Below are positions 59,750-64,000 of a stretch of 64,000 nt of DNA, one piece after another. The notes under the pieces are model-generated. The model saw only the letters and a list, made by a program, of their open reading frames with translations, made no database searches and was not told the origin of the DNA. Both the position numbers and the translations under genes were made by a program. Each line of letters opens with the position of its first letter. Position 1 is the first letter of the stretch. Source of the DNA: Tubiluchus corallicola (lineage: Eukaryota > Animalia > Priapulida); assembly GCA_030141605.1 (NCBI GenBank), contig JAQGDQ010000942.1, forward strand, positions 1 to 64,000. The letters are read 5' to 3'.

Positions 59750-62700
59750 TTCTCGGTTTGTCGGTTTCACTTTTCTAACTCATTAAATTAAAGCTAAAAG
59801 CTGGATGAGTTCCATATTCAAAATATATGAATTTCCTTAACAAAATCAGGGAGGAGCGAGTTTATCATCTTATTCTGATTCATCTGATAAACTCAATATC
59901 TGCTGAAATTCATATTCCGAAATTTATTCATAACACTGTCCTAAGATAGTACCATTAGAAGAGATAAGCACGACGAATTTTATGGGAAGAGGAAAGCTGC
60001 TGGTAACACTACCTCGTTAGACTGTGCTGATTATACTAGTAATAGCATTTATGTAAACGAATCTTTAAAACCAAGCTGTTGTTTTATCATTGTACAGTAT
60101 TCAGGAAAAATAGAAACTGTAAATACCTTTGCTCTAAGAATGGATCTATCTATTTGCGTAGGAGTGATACAAGTGAGGCTATTGAAAATAAAGTGAAACC
60201 AAAGTGATCTTGATAAACTACATTAGTATCTATAACAGTGGACTCATTTCTTTAAATTAGATACGATTCTTTATCCATGCACGTTTTGTGCTAAAACTGA
60301 TAACCAAAAAAGCATATCTTGTGATATAACTATGGTGTTCTTGGACGCACCTTAAGTGCACTGCATTACCTATTGAAAATTTCAATAAAGTAGCAAACAG
60401 TAGTGAAAGATATTTCTGTTTAAGGTGTATTAATTCTATTTCAGAGTGTAGATAATGAGGAATTATTTGAACATGTACATTTAAGCACAAGCACTTCAGA
60501 TTTCTTCACTTACGGATTCTTCTAATATGCATAACCCTTTTGATCATGATAATTATAGATTGCAGCACGAGTGTAAGTACTTTAAACTTCCTACTCTAAA
60601 TACTGACCGAAGCTTATCCAAATTACCAGCAGATCTCTTACTAATCCATTTCAATACTAACAGTCTTACTAAAAACTCTAGCAGTATGTGTGATGTTCTG
60701 CATGCTTTTAATCAGATGCCTGATGTTATTGCAATGTTAATTCGGCATTTTTCTGCCACATGCCAGGATACCATTTCCTTCAGCAAATACACCAGCAGGG
60801 GGAATCGCAGTTAGCAGAATTCAAGTCGAAGGCATCTGGCTTGAACTTACGCAAATCAACAATAAAAAACAATAATTTTTAGCGTCACATATAGTCATCC
60901 CATTAATTCTGTGCCTCATTTCCATGAAGAATTAAGTGAATTAAGTGAATCCTTAAGTAAAATCAATAAATTGGGCAAAACAGCATATATCTGGATGGAT
61001 ATCAATATTGAGCTGCTGCAACATCGAAAGAAAACATATATAAGTGACTACATCAACACATTGTTCTCTAATCAATTTGTACCAATTATCACCCAGCCCA
61101 CTCGTATAACTAATACTTCCAGTACACTAATCGACCACATGTACCATAATAATCTTGATCACCAATATATGCAGGTGTTCTTCTGTGCCAAAATTTCTGA
61201 TCACCTTCCAATATTTGCTTTAGCAAAATCTGCTCATCTTCATAAGCCACAATACAAAAAAACATTAGATCCACAAAAAACTTAAACTGTCAGTTATTCA
61301 TAAATGACGTAAAAAGAAATATGACTAACATAGTGATAACATAGTGATAACATAGTAATAAATTTGCAGAACAGTTTTTACAAACAGTGAACATCCATGC
61401 ACCTTTAAAAACTCTTTCACGAGAAAAACATAAAGAAAAAACAAACTTTTAGTAAACCATGGGTAACTTTGGTATATTACAATCTATTAAAACTCGTAGC
61501 AAAATATACATGTCATACAAACTATCCAATTCGATACATAAAAAACGTCAATACAATAATTATTCAAATAAACTAAGTGATATTATAGAACAATCCAAGA
61601 AAAATTACTTTAATAAACTTCTAACAGAAAATGAAAATAACATGAAAAAACATGCCTGACTATTAATGACATTTTTCGAATAAAAATAAATCACGTATAT
61701 TTTCTAACAAAATAGGTTTTAATGGAGCTGAAAAAAAAGATCCAACAGTAATAGCGAATTAGGTCAATGATTTTTTGCAAATATTGATGCTAATTTCGCT
61801 AATAGAATTACGCAAGCTGGTGGTCAATCATATCTAGACTACATGGGTAATGCTAATCCACACTCATTTTTATTACTCCTGTACAGGAAGAGGAAGTACC
61901 CACTGCCATTCGTAACTTAAATAAAAATAAAGCACCTGGGCCAGATGGCATTCCTGTTTACTTCTATAAAATAGCTGGCAATGTCCTCGCACTCGTATTA
62001 CCTGATTTACTTAAACTAGCTAGACTAATTTCAATTTTTGAAGGAGGTGACGACAACAACCCATCTAACATATCGCCCCATTTCACTTCTGTTCCCTCTA
62101 TCTAAAAATATTTGAATCTTTAATTTATAGCAGATTGCATTGTTTTCTTGTCAAGCACAATATTATTACTAAATATCAGTTCGGTTTCCAGAAAAACCAT
62201 TCTACAACACTGGCAACGCAGAAATTTTCTTCTCAGTCTGGATCAGAACTTAGTTCCATGTGGTATCTTTCTCGATCTTACAAAAGCATTTGACATTAAT
62301 CACGTAATCTCACTGAAAAAAACTTGAGCATTATGGGGTACGTGGGCATGCACTTGATCTGTTCAAACCCTTTTTCCAGAATCAACAATATTTCACTTCA
62401 TTCATTATTCTGAACTTTTTACCATTGTTTGAGGTGTCCCTCAAGGCACAACACTCGGTCCATTACTATTTTTGCTGTACATCAATGACTTACCCAATGC
62501 CTCCGATTTTAAGCATAGACTATTTGCTGATGATACCAATCTCTTCCTTACAGATTCTAGTATTGTAAACCTTGAGTTGAGATGATATAAGGAATTAGTC
62601 AAAGTAGAAAAGTTGTTATACTTCAATTACCTAACTGTTAACTTAAATAAAACGAAGTATATGGTTATATCTAGAAAATCCATCAACATTCCTGACAACT

Positions 62701-63353
62701 TCGAAGTATGTGTGAACAATAGTGTCATCCAACAATAGTATGATCAAATATCTTGGCATCTTCATAGACAACAAATTGTCTTGGCACACGCATATGCAAA
62801 ATATTTCATCTAAAATGAACAAAACTATTGGTACAAAATTAAGACATTATGTGGATATCTCTACTCTCAAAATGCTCTGGTTTCCCCTGCTTGCAGTTCT
62901 GTGTATTATGTTGGGGAACTGCATCTGCTAGTGCACTACAGCCTGTAATGACGTATGACTGTGCAAAACAAAATAGTAAAAATAACGATTTTTGCAAAAA
63001 TTCGAGATTACGCAACTCCTTCATGCATCAAACTCAAACTACTAAAAATAAGAGACATTTACTAACTGGAACTAGATAAATTTATGTACAGATACACTAA
63101 CAATCTACTCCCTAAATTATACAATAACTATTTTGTAAAAATTAGTCAAATACACAATTACGCAACAAGGTCTGCTGCAAGTGACAAATTTTATCTAGCT
63201 AGGTATCAGACTTTATGGGTGTTGAATTCTATTAAGCACAAAGTTGTAATTTTATGGAATAAGCTGGATAGTGCAATTAAAAATACAAACTCACTACATG
63301 CATTAGTCAACCAGTATAGATTGAATTTAATACATAATTATAGTGTGAATTAA
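59750..63353 (+). mobile_element. Near full-length decayed CR1/L2-group LINE (ORF1 remnant, PHD, endonuclease, RT)
   Basis: ORF1 SIYVNESL..KNGSIYLRR..DLDKL; PHD CTFC..THLKC..YFCLRC; PTRITNTSSTLIDH, SDHLPIF; KAPGPDGI; DLTKAFD; [19 protein letters not shown]; LFADDTN; HNYATR. Confidence 0.92.
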
Positions 63354-64000
63354 AGATAGAGAAATTATATTGTTTGGTAATACAGTTAATACACTAATAC
63401 ACTTTCTACCTACATTTAAGTTTGCTTTTTTCTTGTTTGCTGTCTCTGCTGCTAGTCAATTTAATTATTGCTTATGTTGACAGCTTTATTGCGTCTTCTT
63501 TAATTAAATAACAATCAACCCAAATCTGTACTTACAATGTTTTTTCTTGAAGTAATACACAAGCTCAAACATGACCACATCAGTATTAATTATATACCAT
63601 GTCTTTTGTTATGAGTTGGAATTGGTTAGACAAAACATGGTGAATAAACGGAGATGCATTTGCGACATTACTTCATTTTTATTGCCAGTAAACACAAATT
63701 AACAAAAACAAAACATTAGGGCTGTCATCCTGAGCAGCCGACATTACTTCCACCTCAATAACAACTCTAACCAACTAGGTCAAAAGCAAGTACAGAACAC
63801 AGGTGAGAAGCCAACCTGGCGTTTAAACTAAAATCGGCAGGCGGGTCATAACACTTTGCATAATTCTTAAACTTAATACAAATTAAACATAAATTGCATA
63901 TCTCTTTAATCTTAAAAAATATAACCAGGTTCGAAAAGTATTAATATAATAGCTAAAATGGTCTTATTATTAAATTTTTTAGTCATTTTCGGTCGATAAG

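Overview
AT-rich, intron-containing animal DNA, most likely a marine invertebrate (taxon not determinable from the sequence alone). Every host gene I can recognise is a type II Golgi glycan-modifying enzyme, drawn from four unrelated families. These are: a frameshifted GT31 galactosyltransferase-like copy whose upstream region is mirrored as an inverted repeat running off the left edge; an intact 8-exon CHST15/GalNAc4S-6ST-like sulfotransferase (6857-29422, +); an intronless GT-A-fold glycosyltransferase (35886-36908, -) with a truncated inverted paralog (54714-55130, +); and an intact 3-exon GT49 B4GAT1-like gene (50366-45632, -). The rest is decayed mobile DNA: CR1-type, RTE and RTEX-like LINEs, a BEL/Pao integrase, an env-bearing LTR family with three related LTRs, Helentron/HINE-like elements, a tRNA-box repeat, and satellites, two of them with higher-order structure. 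The main candidate novelty is a multi-family cluster for sulfated glycan biosynthesis that is turning over by local inverted duplication. Family assignments come from motifs read by eye, and TE boundaries are approximate.
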